Below the pieces are notes generated by a model, which saw only the letters and a program-made list of their open reading frames with translations, was not told the origin of the DNA and searched no databases. Positions 48,836 through 58,635 of a stretch of 64,000 bases of DNA are shown here, piece after piece. Position 1 is the first letter of the stretch. Every line of letters begins with the position of its first letter. The translations under genes and the position numbers were made by a program. Source of the stretch: an uncultured Parachlamydiaceae bacterium (GTDB lineage: Bacteria > Chlamydiota > Chlamydiia > Chlamydiales > Parachlamydiaceae); NCBI GenBank assembly GCA_963742415.1, contig CAVULX010000002.1, positions 220,098 to 284,097 on the forward strand, in the 5' to 3' direction.

Positions 48836-49777
48836 TTATTTACGGGCCGCTTTGGAGAGACGCTCCGAAATGGTTGCCCATAAACCTGTAGAAGGGATAT
48901 CCATATCAACGAAAACTTTTTTAATCCCTGCGGCATCTAATTGTCTCAAAACTGAATACAAGTTTTTCCCCACCTTTTCAGGACTATCTATAGGTCCTAT
49001 TTCTATAACATGAGACCCTTTTGGATAGCTTCGACCGCTATATCCTAAAATAGTTCCTGAAGGATGTTCAACGATCTGTTTGCATAAAATCAAAGCGGCT
49101 TGAGGGGCATAGTGTCGATAAAGCTGACCTGGGCACAAGGGGGTTTTATCTTTTACTGCCGAAGCCACCAAAGGGATATACCCTAAAATAGGCTGCAAAT
49201 CTTTCCCTGTAAGCATCCCTTGTCTAATGATTTGCCATTGACCGTCCTGATAAACGACAACGGTGGATTCCATTCCTTGATTGCATGTGTGATCTCCTCC
49301 ATCCATAACAGGAAAATCTTTTCCGAAATCGCTTTCCACATGTTCCGGCAATGTCGCTGAAGGCCTTCCTGAAATATTGGCTGAAGGCATAACAAGAGGA
49401 CCTGTCTTCTTCAGCAAATGTAATGCTGCAGGATGAGAAGGAACCCGAAAGGCGGCTGTGGGTAGGTCTGAACGAACTAGGGAAGGAACTTTTTCAGGTA
49501 GGATCGGAACCACAATTGTGAGCGGGCCCGGCCAAAAAGCCTTTGTTAGGGCATCAAAGGCTGGAGGTAACTCTGTAATAAAGGAAAAAATCTGTTTTTT
49601 TTCTGAAAGGTGGGTGATCAAAGGGTTTTTTGCAGGACGCCCCTTAAGAACAAAGATCTTTTCTATGGCGGGAAGATGGAATAAAGAAGCCGCCAAACCA
49701 TAAACGGTTTCGGTGGGAACAGCCACAACGTCCCCTTGAATCAATAAATCGGAAGCTTCTTCTAATGAAATACGCAT
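48836..49777 (-). CDS. tsaC: L-threonylcarbamoyladenylate synthase (Sua5 type)
   Basis: VPTETVYGL, KGRPAKNPLI, FWPGPLT, PSANISG, CPGQLYRHYAP. Confidence 0.93.
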   Translation of the reverse strand: MRISLEEASDLLIQGDVVAVPTETVYGLAASLFHLPAIEKIFVLKGRPAKNPLITHLSEKKQIFSFITELPPAFDALTKAFWPGPLTIVVPILPEKVPSLVRSDLPTAAFRVPSHPAALHLLKKTGPLVMPSANISGRPSATLPEHVESDFGKDFPVMDGGDHTCNQGMESTVVVYQDGQWQIIRQGMLTGKDLQPILGYIPLVASAVKDKTPLCPGQLYRHYAPQAALILCKQIVEHPSGTILGYSGRSYPKGSHVIEIGPIDSPEKVGKNLYSVLRQLDAAGIKKVFVDMDIPSTGLWATISERLSKAARK

Positions 49778-49812
49778 ATTAATATTTACATTTGGACGAC
49801 AATAGACCTACG

Positions 49813-49876
49813 AGCCTTCTTTGGAGTGCGGCGGCTTGATGCGTATGCATCAAGCCGCCGCACTCCAAAAAAGGCT
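49813..49876. repeat. REP-like 23-bp perfect hairpin downstream of sufS; likely terminator or mRNA stabiliser
   Basis: TTTGGAGTGCGGCGGCTTGATGC-GTAT-GCATCAAGCCGCCGCACTCCAAA. Confidence 0.75.
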
Positions 49877-49889
49877 TCTTTTTGCCATT

Positions 49890-51122
49890 TTACGCTTTCA
49901 ACATTTTAATACATTCTTTGAGAGCGGCAATAAACTGGTCGATCTCCTCTTTGTTATTGTAAAGGCCAAAAGAAGCTCTCGCAGTTCCTTGCAAGGTAAA
50001 ATGGCGCATAGCCGGCTGAGCGCAGTGATGCCCCGTGCGCACAGCTATCCCTTTTAAGTCCAAGAGGGTGCCGAGATCCAAGGGATGGGTTCCATCTACT
50101 ACGAAACTAATAATCGCCCCTTTCTCTTTCGCTGTCCCGATGATCCTTAAATCGGCAACTTCGACAATCCTTTTTGTAGCATATTCTAGAAGGTCATGCT
50201 CCCACTTGTGGATAGCATCTAATCCAATCTCGGTCAAATAATCCAGAGCTGTACCCAAGGCAACCACTTCGGCAAACATGGGGGTTCCGGCTTCAAACTT
50301 CAAGGGCAATACGTTGTAAGTGGTCTTTGGGAAAGTGACTGTTTCGATCATATCCCCTCCCCCTTGATAAGGGGGCATCTGATTGAGAAGCTCAGCTTTG
50401 CCATAAAGCACCCCGACACCCGTCGGACCATAAACTTTATGCCCTGAAAATACCAAAAAATCGGCATCCAGATCTTGAACGTCCAAAGGCATATGGGGAG
50501 CGCTTTGCGCAGCATCGATAAGGACTTTCGCTCCCGCATCGTGCGCCATGCTGATGATTTGTTTGATCGGATTGAGGGTCCCTAAAGCATTTGAGATATG
50601 GGTGACAGCCACAAGTTTTGTTTTATCTGTAAGCAATTTGGCATATTCTTCGAGGAGAAGCTCTCCATGCTGATTACAAGGGATCACTTTAAGTTTGCAG
50701 CCCCGGTCTTCGCAGACGATCTGCCACGGAACAATATTGGAATGGTGTTCGATTTCGGAGATGATGACTTCGTCATTCGGTTTTAGAAACGCTTTGCCAA
50801 ACGAGTAAGCGATCAGGTTAATAGACTCTGTTGTTCCCCGGGTAAAGATGATCTCCTCCTCTTTAGCGGCGTTGAGGAATGCTCGCGCCTTCTTTCGGGT
50901 TGCCTGATAAGCATGTGTGGAATGGACAGCCAGCTCATAGATAGCTCGATGGACAGTTCCATATTGGTTTTGATAGAAGTTGGTTAAAGCGTCAATGACA
51001 CGCTGCGGCTTTTGAGCCGTGGCTGCAGAATCAAAATAAATCAGAGGCTTTCCATGCATGGTTTTCTTCAGCATCGGAAAATCTTCCCTGAGCTTATAGA
51101 AATCGGGGGCTGCCTGGGTCAT
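49890..51122 (-). CDS. sufS: Cysteine desulfurase SufS
   Basis: YFDSAATAQKP, EHHSNIVPW, FSGHK, RTGHHCAQP. Confidence 0.95.
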   Translation of the reverse strand: MTQAAPDFYKLREDFPMLKKTMHGKPLIYFDSAATAQKPQRVIDALTNFYQNQYGTVHRAIYELAVHSTHAYQATRKKARAFLNAAKEEEIIFTRGTTESINLIAYSFGKAFLKPNDEVIISEIEHHSNIVPWQIVCEDRGCKLKVIPCNQHGELLLEEYAKLLTDKTKLVAVTHISNALGTLNPIKQIISMAHDAGAKVLIDAAQSAPHMPLDVQDLDADFLVFSGHKVYGPTGVGVLYGKAELLNQMPPYQGGGDMIETVTFPKTTYNVLPLKFEAGTPMFAEVVALGTALDYLTEIGLDAIHKWEHDLLEYATKRIVEVADLRIIGTAKEKGAIISFVVDGTHPLDLGTLLDLKGIAVRTGHHCAQPAMRHFTLQGTARASFGLYNNKEEIDQFIAALKECIKMLKA

Positions 51123-51124
51123 AC

Positions 51125-52447
51125 TCAACCTCTTGGATATAAAAAGCTTTCCGCTTGGCGGCAAACCTCTTGATGTAAAGATGAAAGGGTAATTTTATCG
51201 ATCACTTCCCGGCAGAAGCCATTAACCAAAATATTTTGGGCCTGCTGCAAGGGGAAACCGCGCGTTTTCATATAAAAGAGCTGCTCTTCATCCAGCTTTC
51301 CAACCGTAGCGCCATGGGAAGCTTTCACATCATCGGCAAATATCTCTAAATTGGGTTTGCTGTCGGCCGATGCCCGGTCGCTTAAAAGGAGATTATTATT
51401 AAGCTGGAACGCTTCTGTTTTTTGCGCCTCCTGTTTGACGAGGATTTTTCCTTCAAAGCTGGAGTGGCCAAAGTCGTTTAAAACCCCTTTATATAATTGC
51501 ATCGAACGGCAAGAAGGAGCTTGATGGTCGACAATGACATGCACATGCGCTTCCCGTTTTTCCTTGAGCATCCAGACTCCGTTCAGCAAAGCTTCCCCAT
51601 TTTCTCCACCTAAGATAATCCGGTAGTCATTGCGGACGGTCAATCCCCCCTCTGTGGAACTCACTGTTTTCAAAGTGCTATTTTTTCTTAAAAAAGCGCG
51701 AAGGGCATCGAAATGCCAACCGTTTGGAGGCTCATTGGAGGAGGTCTGTGTGTAATATATATGGGCCCCCTCTTCGAGAGCAAAGTCAGCGGCCATATTT
51801 ACAAAATAGTCATCTCCGGATAGAACAGCTTGGGTAGAGTGGATTTCTATTTCTGTTTGGGAACCGGCAAACAATTGAATCCGCGGAGAAATCAACAGAG
51901 GGAACTCTGAAGCGGCATCAATCACATGCAAAATTTGTACTGGAGTTTCCAAAACCATTTTAGGGGGCAAATAAATAAAGAGGCCATCGTTGTGAAGGGC
52001 CCCATTTAAAGCTGCAAAAGGATCATTCTCATCTTTCAACGATTTTGTCCATTGGTTATTGAGAAAGGTTCCATATGTCTTCACAGCTTCGTTTAAGGAA
52101 GAAACTACCATCCGTTTAGGAAGAGCCTCCATCCGTGAAAGATGGGGGGTATAATAGCCGTTGACGAAGACCAGAACAGACCCCGCACACTCAGGGAAGA
52201 TATGGGGTTGTATTGTTGTAAAATCTAGCTCGGTCTTGTCTGAAAGGATAAACTGCTTCTCAAAGAGATTGCGCCATCGGATGTAACGGAAAGCTTCCGA
52301 TTTTTTGGAGGGCAACCCTAGCTCAAGAAAGCGGTTCCATGCTTTTGCCCTCATTTTTTGCAAAGGATCAGCACCGTCAAACTGCTCATAATGCTGCATC
52401 AAAGACATTTGGAAACTTGATAAATCGGAAAAAGGCGGCGCCATCAT
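51125..52447 (-). CDS. sufD: Fe-S assembly protein SufD
   Basis: KPNLEIFADDVKASHGATVG; position in suf operon. Confidence 0.93.
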   Translation of the reverse strand: MMAPPFSDLSSFQMSLMQHYEQFDGADPLQKMRAKAWNRFLELGLPSKKSEAFRYIRWRNLFEKQFILSDKTELDFTTIQPHIFPECAGSVLVFVNGYYTPHLSRMEALPKRMVVSSLNEAVKTYGTFLNNQWTKSLKDENDPFAALNGALHNDGLFIYLPPKMVLETPVQILHVIDAASEFPLLISPRIQLFAGSQTEIEIHSTQAVLSGDDYFVNMAADFALEEGAHIYYTQTSSNEPPNGWHFDALRAFLRKNSTLKTVSSTEGGLTVRNDYRIILGGENGEALLNGVWMLKEKREAHVHVIVDHQAPSCRSMQLYKGVLNDFGHSSFEGKILVKQEAQKTEAFQLNNNLLLSDRASADSKPNLEIFADDVKASHGATVGKLDEEQLFYMKTRGFPLQQAQNILVNGFCREVIDKITLSSLHQEVCRQAESFLYPRG

Positions 52448-53208
52448 GCAATTGATTCCTCTTCGGGCGATTTTGTCAACCAATCATATCCCCTTTCTTC
52501 CAACTCGAGAGCTAATTCCGGTCCCCCAGATTGCACAATTTTTCCATCGAGCATGACATGCACGAAATGGGGCTTAATATAGTCTAGCAAGCGTTGATAA
52601 TGGGTAATTAAGATTAAACCAACGCGGGGATTCATAAAATGGTTCACGCCCCTTGCCACGACACGCATCGCATCGATATCCAAACCTGAATCGGTTTCAT
52701 CCAAAATAGCTAGCTCAGGCTCGAGGACAGCCATTTGCAAGATCTCGTTCCGCTTTTTTTCACCGCCTGAAAAACCTTCATTTAAGTTGCGCTCTTTAAA
52801 CTCTTGCTTAATTTCCATCAGGGCCATTTTCTCTTCTAGGAGCTTTTCGAAATCGGCTGGAGAAATTTCAGGCATCCCTTTGGCTTTGTAATTGGCGTTT
52901 AACGCAGCCCGCAAAAATTGGACATTGCTCACCCCCGGAATTTCGACAGGATATTGAAAGCTCATGAAAAGCCCTAAATGAGCGCGCTCTTCCGGATCGA
53001 GTTCTAAGAGATTTTGCCCCTTGAATAAAACTTCCCCCGCAGTGATCTCATAAGAAGGGTGTCCAGCCAACACTTTAGCCAAGGTCGATTTACCCGCTCC
53101 ATTGGGGCCCATAATCGCATGAATTTCCCCCGCTTTTACGGTGAGGTTAAAACCTTTTATAATGGTTTTCCCTTCGGTAGCAACATATAAGTTTTTGATT
53201 TCAATCAT
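52444..53208 (-). CDS. sufC: Fe-S assembly ATPase SufC
   Basis: GPNGAGKST, FSGGEKKRNEILQ, LDETDSGLDID. Confidence 0.96.
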   Translation of the reverse strand: MIEIKNLYVATEGKTIIKGFNLTVKAGEIHAIMGPNGAGKSTLAKVLAGHPSYEITAGEVLFKGQNLLELDPEERAHLGLFMSFQYPVEIPGVSNVQFLRAALNANYKAKGMPEISPADFEKLLEEKMALMEIKQEFKERNLNEGFSGGEKKRNEILQMAVLEPELAILDETDSGLDIDAMRVVARGVNHFMNPRVGLILITHYQRLLDYIKPHFVHVMLDGKIVQSGGPELALELEERGYDWLTKSPEEESIA

Positions 53209-53228
53209 GTAAAGTATTCCTGATAACG

Positions 53229-54668
53229 TTATCCAACAGAATTTTCTAGTTTTAGCGTCAACAATTTTTGAGCTTCGGTTGCAAATTCAAGGGGAAGCTC
53301 ACGAATGACCTCTTTGCAGAAGCCATTGACGATCATGTTGATTGCATCTTCCATCGAAATTCCGCGGGATTGAAAATAAAAAAGCTGTTCTTCATTCAAT
53401 TTTGAGGTTGATGCTTCGTGCTCAACTTGACTATTGGCATTTCCCACTTCAATGTAGGGGAATGTATTGGCGGAACAGTTGCTTCCCACAAGCATCGAAT
53501 CGCATTGCGTGTAATTGCGAGCCCCTTGGGCTTTTGGAATGACTTTGACAAGTCCCCGGTAGCTATTGTGGGAAAAGTCGGCAGCAATCCCTTTGGAAAT
53601 AATTGTTGAGCGGGTATTTTTACCTAAATGGATCATTTTTGTTCCCGTATCGGCTTGCATATGGCCGTTTGTCAAAGCCACGGAGTAAAATTCCCCGACC
53701 GAGTTATCCCCTTGCAAAATGCAGCTCGGATATTTCCAAGTGATCGCAGCGCCCACTTCCACTTGGGTCCAAGAAATTTTGGAGTTGATCCCTGCACATC
53801 TGCCCCGCTTCGTCACAAAATTATAGACCCCCCCTTCCCCTGTTTTAGGATTGCCGGAATACCAATTTTGAACGGTGGCGTATTTAATCTCGGCATTGTC
53901 TAAGGCGACGAGTTCGACCACTGCAGCGTGAAGTTGATTATTATCATAGGCAGGGGCTGTACAGCCTTCAAGGTAGCTGACAAAAGAGCCCTCTTCAGCA
54001 ATGATTAAAGTGCGTTCAAATTGACCTGATTCTTTGTCGTTGATCCGGAAGTAGGTGGATAATTCCATGGGGCAGTGGACCCCTTTGGGAATATAAACGA
54101 ATGAACCATCGGTAAAGACTGCGGAATTAAGGGTGGCAAAGAAGTTATCGCCGATGGGAACGACAGAGGCTAAATATTTTTGGATGATTTCCGGGTAGAT
54201 TTGTATCGCTTCCGAAATGGAGCATAAAACGACCCCTGCTTCGTCAAGTTTTTTCTTGAATGTTGTCCCGATAGAAACAGAATCAAAAACCATGTCGACT
54301 GCGACATTGGTCAATCGTTTTTGCTCATCTAAAGGGATTCCCAACCTTTCGAACGTTTTTAATACTTCGGGGTCGACTTCATCTAAGTTGTTGTGGATCG
54401 GTTTTTTCTTGGGGGCGGAATAATAGGTGATGTTTTGATAGTCGATTGCGGGATAGGTGGCATTTACCCAGTGGGGTTCCTCCATTTCAAGCCATTTTTT
54501 GTAAGCTTTCAGGCGAAATTCGAGCATAAAGTCGGGCTCTTCTTTCTTTCCCCAAATCGCGCGAATGGTATCTTCATTAAGCCCTTTGGGAAGAGCATCT
54601 GTTTCTACTTCAGTAATAAAGCCGTATTTATAATCGGACCCATTCCGAAAAAAGGAATCGGCTGACAT
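53229..54668 (-). CDS. sufB: Fe-S assembly protein SufB
   Basis: [39 protein letters not shown]. Confidence 0.96.
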   Translation of the reverse strand: MSADSFFRNGSDYKYGFITEVETDALPKGLNEDTIRAIWGKKEEPDFMLEFRLKAYKKWLEMEEPHWVNATYPAIDYQNITYYSAPKKKPIHNNLDEVDPEVLKTFERLGIPLDEQKRLTNVAVDMVFDSVSIGTTFKKKLDEAGVVLCSISEAIQIYPEIIQKYLASVVPIGDNFFATLNSAVFTDGSFVYIPKGVHCPMELSTYFRINDKESGQFERTLIIAEEGSFVSYLEGCTAPAYDNNQLHAAVVELVALDNAEIKYATVQNWYSGNPKTGEGGVYNFVTKRGRCAGINSKISWTQVEVGAAITWKYPSCILQGDNSVGEFYSVALTNGHMQADTGTKMIHLGKNTRSTIISKGIAADFSHNSYRGLVKVIPKAQGARNYTQCDSMLVGSNCSANTFPYIEVGNANSQVEHEASTSKLNEEQLFYFQSRGISMEDAINMIVNGFCKEVIRELPLEFATEAQKLLTLKLENSVG

Positions 54669-54893
54669 GAAACTCCTAAAGTTTAAGTCTCTCTACATCA
54701 ATAATTATAACTCAATGGGGATATCTTCGTCTTCAAGTTTGCGTGATGAGTTTTGGAACATTAAGATATCAATAATTGCAGTTAATTGTCAAATAATTTC
54801 GTACCACTCTTATCCCTTTTTTAGGCTAAAATTATAAAAAGATAATAAATAATGTAAGTTGAAAATTACTGAGTGTAATCAAGTTTAAAAAAC

Positions 54894-54961
54894 CTCTGTG
54901 TTCCCTGTGATCTCTGTGGTTTATTAAAATTCAACCACAGAGATCACAGAGAATACAGAGA
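54894..54961. repeat. Inverted 9-bp-unit repeat (CTCTGTG / CACAGAG)
   Basis: CTCTGTGTTCCCTGTGATCTCTGTGGTT ... AACCACAGAGATCACAGAGAATACAGAG. Confidence 0.75.
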
Positions 54962-55118
54962 GACAATAAATTTTTTTATTTGCAACTTACGTCAAATACT
55001 GAAATTAAATGTATTCAATCACCAATCCCTTCACTCTAGGGGGAAGAGCCCCTTGGATCACTTCCAAAGTGTCAATTGAAAAGACAGCTTCATCACCTCC
55101 ATTTGAATTGAGGTAATT

Positions 55119-56870
55119 TTAAGGCTCGTCACCAAACGTAAAAGCATACATAGAAACGCCTTTTGGAGTTTGTAAAGTCAGTTTATGACGTCCATACTTA
55201 TCTCTAAGATTTATTATATCATATTTCCGTGGTTCTTTGACTAAAATTTGCCCTTTGTCATTCATGTCTTCAGTATAGTATTGTTTTTCCAGTGGTTTAT
55301 CATCCAAATATACAGTGACAAATTGTGATTTGTCGGAATCCATGACCAGATAGATGCGGGTGGCGAGAAAGTTTAAATCCAAATAACTGAAGTCTTCCAT
55401 TGAAGTGATTTTTTGAGAGGTGACTAACCAACTCCCTTTCAAGCCAATTTGATCGTCTTTCAAATGTTCATTGTAATTATAATAAACATTTACATCGGAT
55501 TTAATACTATTACCCGACACGTATCTATCCGCCTTCTCGGAACCTAAATAAGTTTCAGGGGTGATGGGGCGATGAGATACAACGATTTCTTCTTTTATTT
55601 CTAGAGGAGGCAAGCCTAAAAGGCTGCGAATATCATTTTCGGTTTCCTTATAAGCTCCCTCACCGAAATGAAAGCTTCGAACAATACCCATTTGATCGAC
55701 AAGGTAATGAGCAGGCCAAAAGCGGTTATTAAAATTTTGCCAAGTTTTGAAATCGCTATCTATAGCAATAGGATACTCTAGTCCAAACCGTTGTACAGCA
55801 TCTTTAACATTATTAATGTTTTTTTCGAATTCGAATTCTGGAGTATGAACTCCGACAATCACAAATCCCTTATCTTTATACTTTGCATACCAATCTTTGA
55901 GGTATGGAAATGTGCGAATGCAATTGATACAGCTGTAAGTCCAAAAATCGATTAAAATTACTTTACCGCGTAATTGCTGCAAGGTAAATGGGTCTGTATT
56001 TACCCAGCCTGTGATACCTATAAGCTCTGGTACTACAGCGATTTTAGGTAGAGCAGCTCGCTCTTTTGAAAACGATTCTTCAGTGGGTAAGATAAATTTT
56101 TTGTTTGAGATAGAAGAATTTGCATCCCTCAATTTTTCGAGTTCTTTTTTAACTATTGAGTTGTTTTCAATATTAATAAGAGGAACATATTGTATGGCAA
56201 TCTGCTGAAATTTGACATCATAGTGGAAAGCAATTGCAAGCGCCCCTAAAATCATAAGAAGCCCGAAGCCTTTGCGTATCCATTCTGCATATTTGGAAAG
56301 GCTTTTAGACGAGCTGATAATTTTTTTGCCTCCATAAATAATCAAGAACATGGGTATGGCTGCCCCGAGGCTATAAGCTAATGTAATCAAAAGTGTAGAC
56401 CACGTCACGGCGCTGGTCGCAACCAAAGTAGTGATTGCCGCAAGAATAGGTCCTGCACAAGGAGTCCAGACTAGACCCAAAGCAATTCCCAAAATAAAAC
56501 CGCTCCAGAACCCAGAACCCAACAATTTGGACTTTTCCTGAACGGATTGTCCAAGATTAGCTACACCGGAAGTTGCTTCGGCGAATTTTTCACCAAGAGC
56601 TGGAAAAATCATCAGCAAACCAAATACTGCTATCAATGCAATAGCGATATAACGGAGGAAATCAGGTGAGATTCCTGTTAGGTGAACGATTGCTGTAAGT
56701 GTAAGGGTGAAGAATGTAAAGCTGAAAATCAAACCGCAGATGATACCTACTGGACGCAAATGTCCTTTTCCTCCCCCTGCAGATAAAAGCGCAGGAAGTA
56801 CAGGTAGTACACATGGGGACAGTACCGTAACAATCCCTGCCAGAAAAGCAAAAAAGATGAGAATGAGCAT
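55119..56870 (-). CDS. dipZ: DipZ (CcdA/DsbD membrane domain + thioredoxin-like domain)
   Basis: LSPCVLP, WTPCAGP, FWTYSCINC, TPETYLG, YAFTFG. Confidence 0.9.
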   Translation of the reverse strand: MLILIFFAFLAGIVTVLSPCVLPVLPALLSAGGGKGHLRPVGIICGLIFSFTFFTLTLTAIVHLTGISPDFLRYIAIALIAVFGLLMIFPALGEKFAEATSGVANLGQSVQEKSKLLGSGFWSGFILGIALGLVWTPCAGPILAAITTLVATSAVTWSTLLITLAYSLGAAIPMFLIIYGGKKIISSSKSLSKYAEWIRKGFGLLMILGALAIAFHYDVKFQQIAIQYVPLINIENNSIVKKELEKLRDANSSISNKKFILPTEESFSKERAALPKIAVVPELIGITGWVNTDPFTLQQLRGKVILIDFWTYSCINCIRTFPYLKDWYAKYKDKGFVIVGVHTPEFEFEKNINNVKDAVQRFGLEYPIAIDSDFKTWQNFNNRFWPAHYLVDQMGIVRSFHFGEGAYKETENDIRSLLGLPPLEIKEEIVVSHRPITPETYLGSEKADRYVSGNSIKSDVNVYYNYNEHLKDDQIGLKGSWLVTSQKITSMEDFSYLDLNFLATRIYLVMDSDKSQFVTVYLDDKPLEKQYYTEDMNDKGQILVKEPRKYDIINLRDKYGRHKLTLQTPKGVSMYAFTFGDEP

Positions 56871-57183
56871 AAATTCACCAAATAAAAATTTTTAAAGTAA
56901 TCGATTTCACGTAATGGTATAAAAACATGTTTTGCATTCTTTAAGCATGATGCAAAATCAACGATTTTTGTTATTCCATCAGAAAACAATAGTCTTATTT
57001 ATAATCTTTACATATTCATCCTGCTTGATTCTCATAGTTTAAGCCAATGGTCAATTCTCGAGTTTGGACATTTGTAATAACCTTTCACGGAGATCTAACG
57101 CCGCTATTGCGGCTTTCTATTTATTGTACAGTTTCCCCGCGTGAAACAAGCGAAGCGAGTGGAACGTGGGGAAATAGCAAAGG

Positions 57184-58635
57184 TTAATCGGGTGGGGGAT
57201 CATTGCGGGGATCGGTCATTTCGTCGGCGATGGAGATCCAACCGCCGCCCATGGATTGGTAGATATTGACGAGAGAGCTAAAAAGCTGGGATTGGGTTTG
57301 CGCCCAGGCAAGCTGGGCGGGAAAATATTGCTCCTGAGCTTGAATCACCATAAAATAGGGGGCGTAGCCCCCCTTATATTGCAGTAACGCCAACCTTTGG
57401 TACTCTCCGGCGGCCTCGACTAACCGTACCTCCGCCTCAAGCTGCACAGCCAGCATTGTATGTGCGATTAGAGCATCTTCGACGTCAGCAAAAGCATTTT
57501 GGATAGTTTTCTCATAATTGATCAAGGCCGCCTCTTGTTCGGCTTCGGCTTGAACAACCTGGCCATAAACAGCCCCGGCTGTAAATATGGGACCTGCGAC
57601 AGTGCCTAAGAAGTTCCAAGTCTTAGAGGGTCCTGTAAACAGTTGACTCAATTCCTGGCTTGCACCTCCATAAAAACCCGTCAAAGATATAGAAGGAAAA
57701 TATAAAGCTTCGGCTGCCCCAATTTGGGCGTTAGCTGCAATCAAATTCTGCTCAGCTTCCATGATATCGGGACGCTGATGGAGCAGCTCGGAAGGAAGAT
57801 CGGCCGGCACGGGGGGAAGTTTAAGATCATAGATAGACTTTCCCCTCGGGATCGGTTTTGGATTGCTTCCAAGGAGGATGCAAATAGTATTTTCCAATTG
57901 GGCAATTTGCAGCTTGATTTGGGGAACTTTTGAAGCTGCTGTTTCATATTGCGTCTTGGCTTGAGCCACAGCCATTTGAGATTCTTGGCCATACTTAAAT
58001 TGAGCTTCAAAATATTTGACAGCGTCGCCATAAGAATCCATGGTCCGGATTGAAATGTTAAGCTGTTCATCCAGTCCCCTAAGTTGAATATAGCTATCCG
58101 CCACAGATGCCACTAAAGACAAGATCACCCCTTGCCGCACTTCATATGTAGCATAAGCACTCGCTTCGGCCGACTCGACCAAACGGCGGGTGCGCCCCCA
58201 CAAGTCAATGTTCCAGCTTCCATTTAGGATAGCTTGCCACATATTTTGAGGATTTGGAATCACGATAGATATGGGCGCAGGAAAAACGAAAGAGGTGGCC
58301 AGGGTTTCGCTTGTGCGCAAACGGGAATAAGATCCGCTGTAGCCTAATTGAGGAAACAAGGGAGCTCGTGTTTGGATGACAACTCCGATAGCATTTTTGA
58401 TATTTGCCGCGGCTATTTGGACATCCTTATTATTGATTAACGCTTCGGCAATCAAGCTTTCAAGCACAGAATCATCAAATTGCTTCCACCATTGAAGATC
58501 TAGGGAATCTTGGGCCTCTTCCACTTCATAATGAAACGAAGGTGGGATATCAAGGCAGGGAGGATAATAGTCGGGTCCGACCATGCACCCTGATAATACA
58601 GATAAGAGGAGTAAAAGGGTCCACTTATGCATCAT
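57184..58635 (-). CDS. RND outer-membrane factor lipoprotein (NodT/OprM family)
   Basis: Lipobox LSGC-MVGPDY; WWKQFDD; RPDIMEAE; MGGGW. Confidence 0.92.
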   Translation of the reverse strand: MMHKWTLLLLLSVLSGCMVGPDYYPPCLDIPPSFHYEVEEAQDSLDLQWWKQFDDSVLESLIAEALINNKDVQIAAANIKNAIGVVIQTRAPLFPQLGYSGSYSRLRTSETLATSFVFPAPISIVIPNPQNMWQAILNGSWNIDLWGRTRRLVESAEASAYATYEVRQGVILSLVASVADSYIQLRGLDEQLNISIRTMDSYGDAVKYFEAQFKYGQESQMAVAQAKTQYETAASKVPQIKLQIAQLENTICILLGSNPKPIPRGKSIYDLKLPPVPADLPSELLHQRPDIMEAEQNLIAANAQIGAAEALYFPSISLTGFYGGASQELSQLFTGPSKTWNFLGTVAGPIFTAGAVYGQVVQAEAEQEAALINYEKTIQNAFADVEDALIAHTMLAVQLEAEVRLVEAAGEYQRLALLQYKGGYAPYFMVIQAQEQYFPAQLAWAQTQSQLFSSLVNIYQSMGGGWISIADEMTDPRNDPPPD

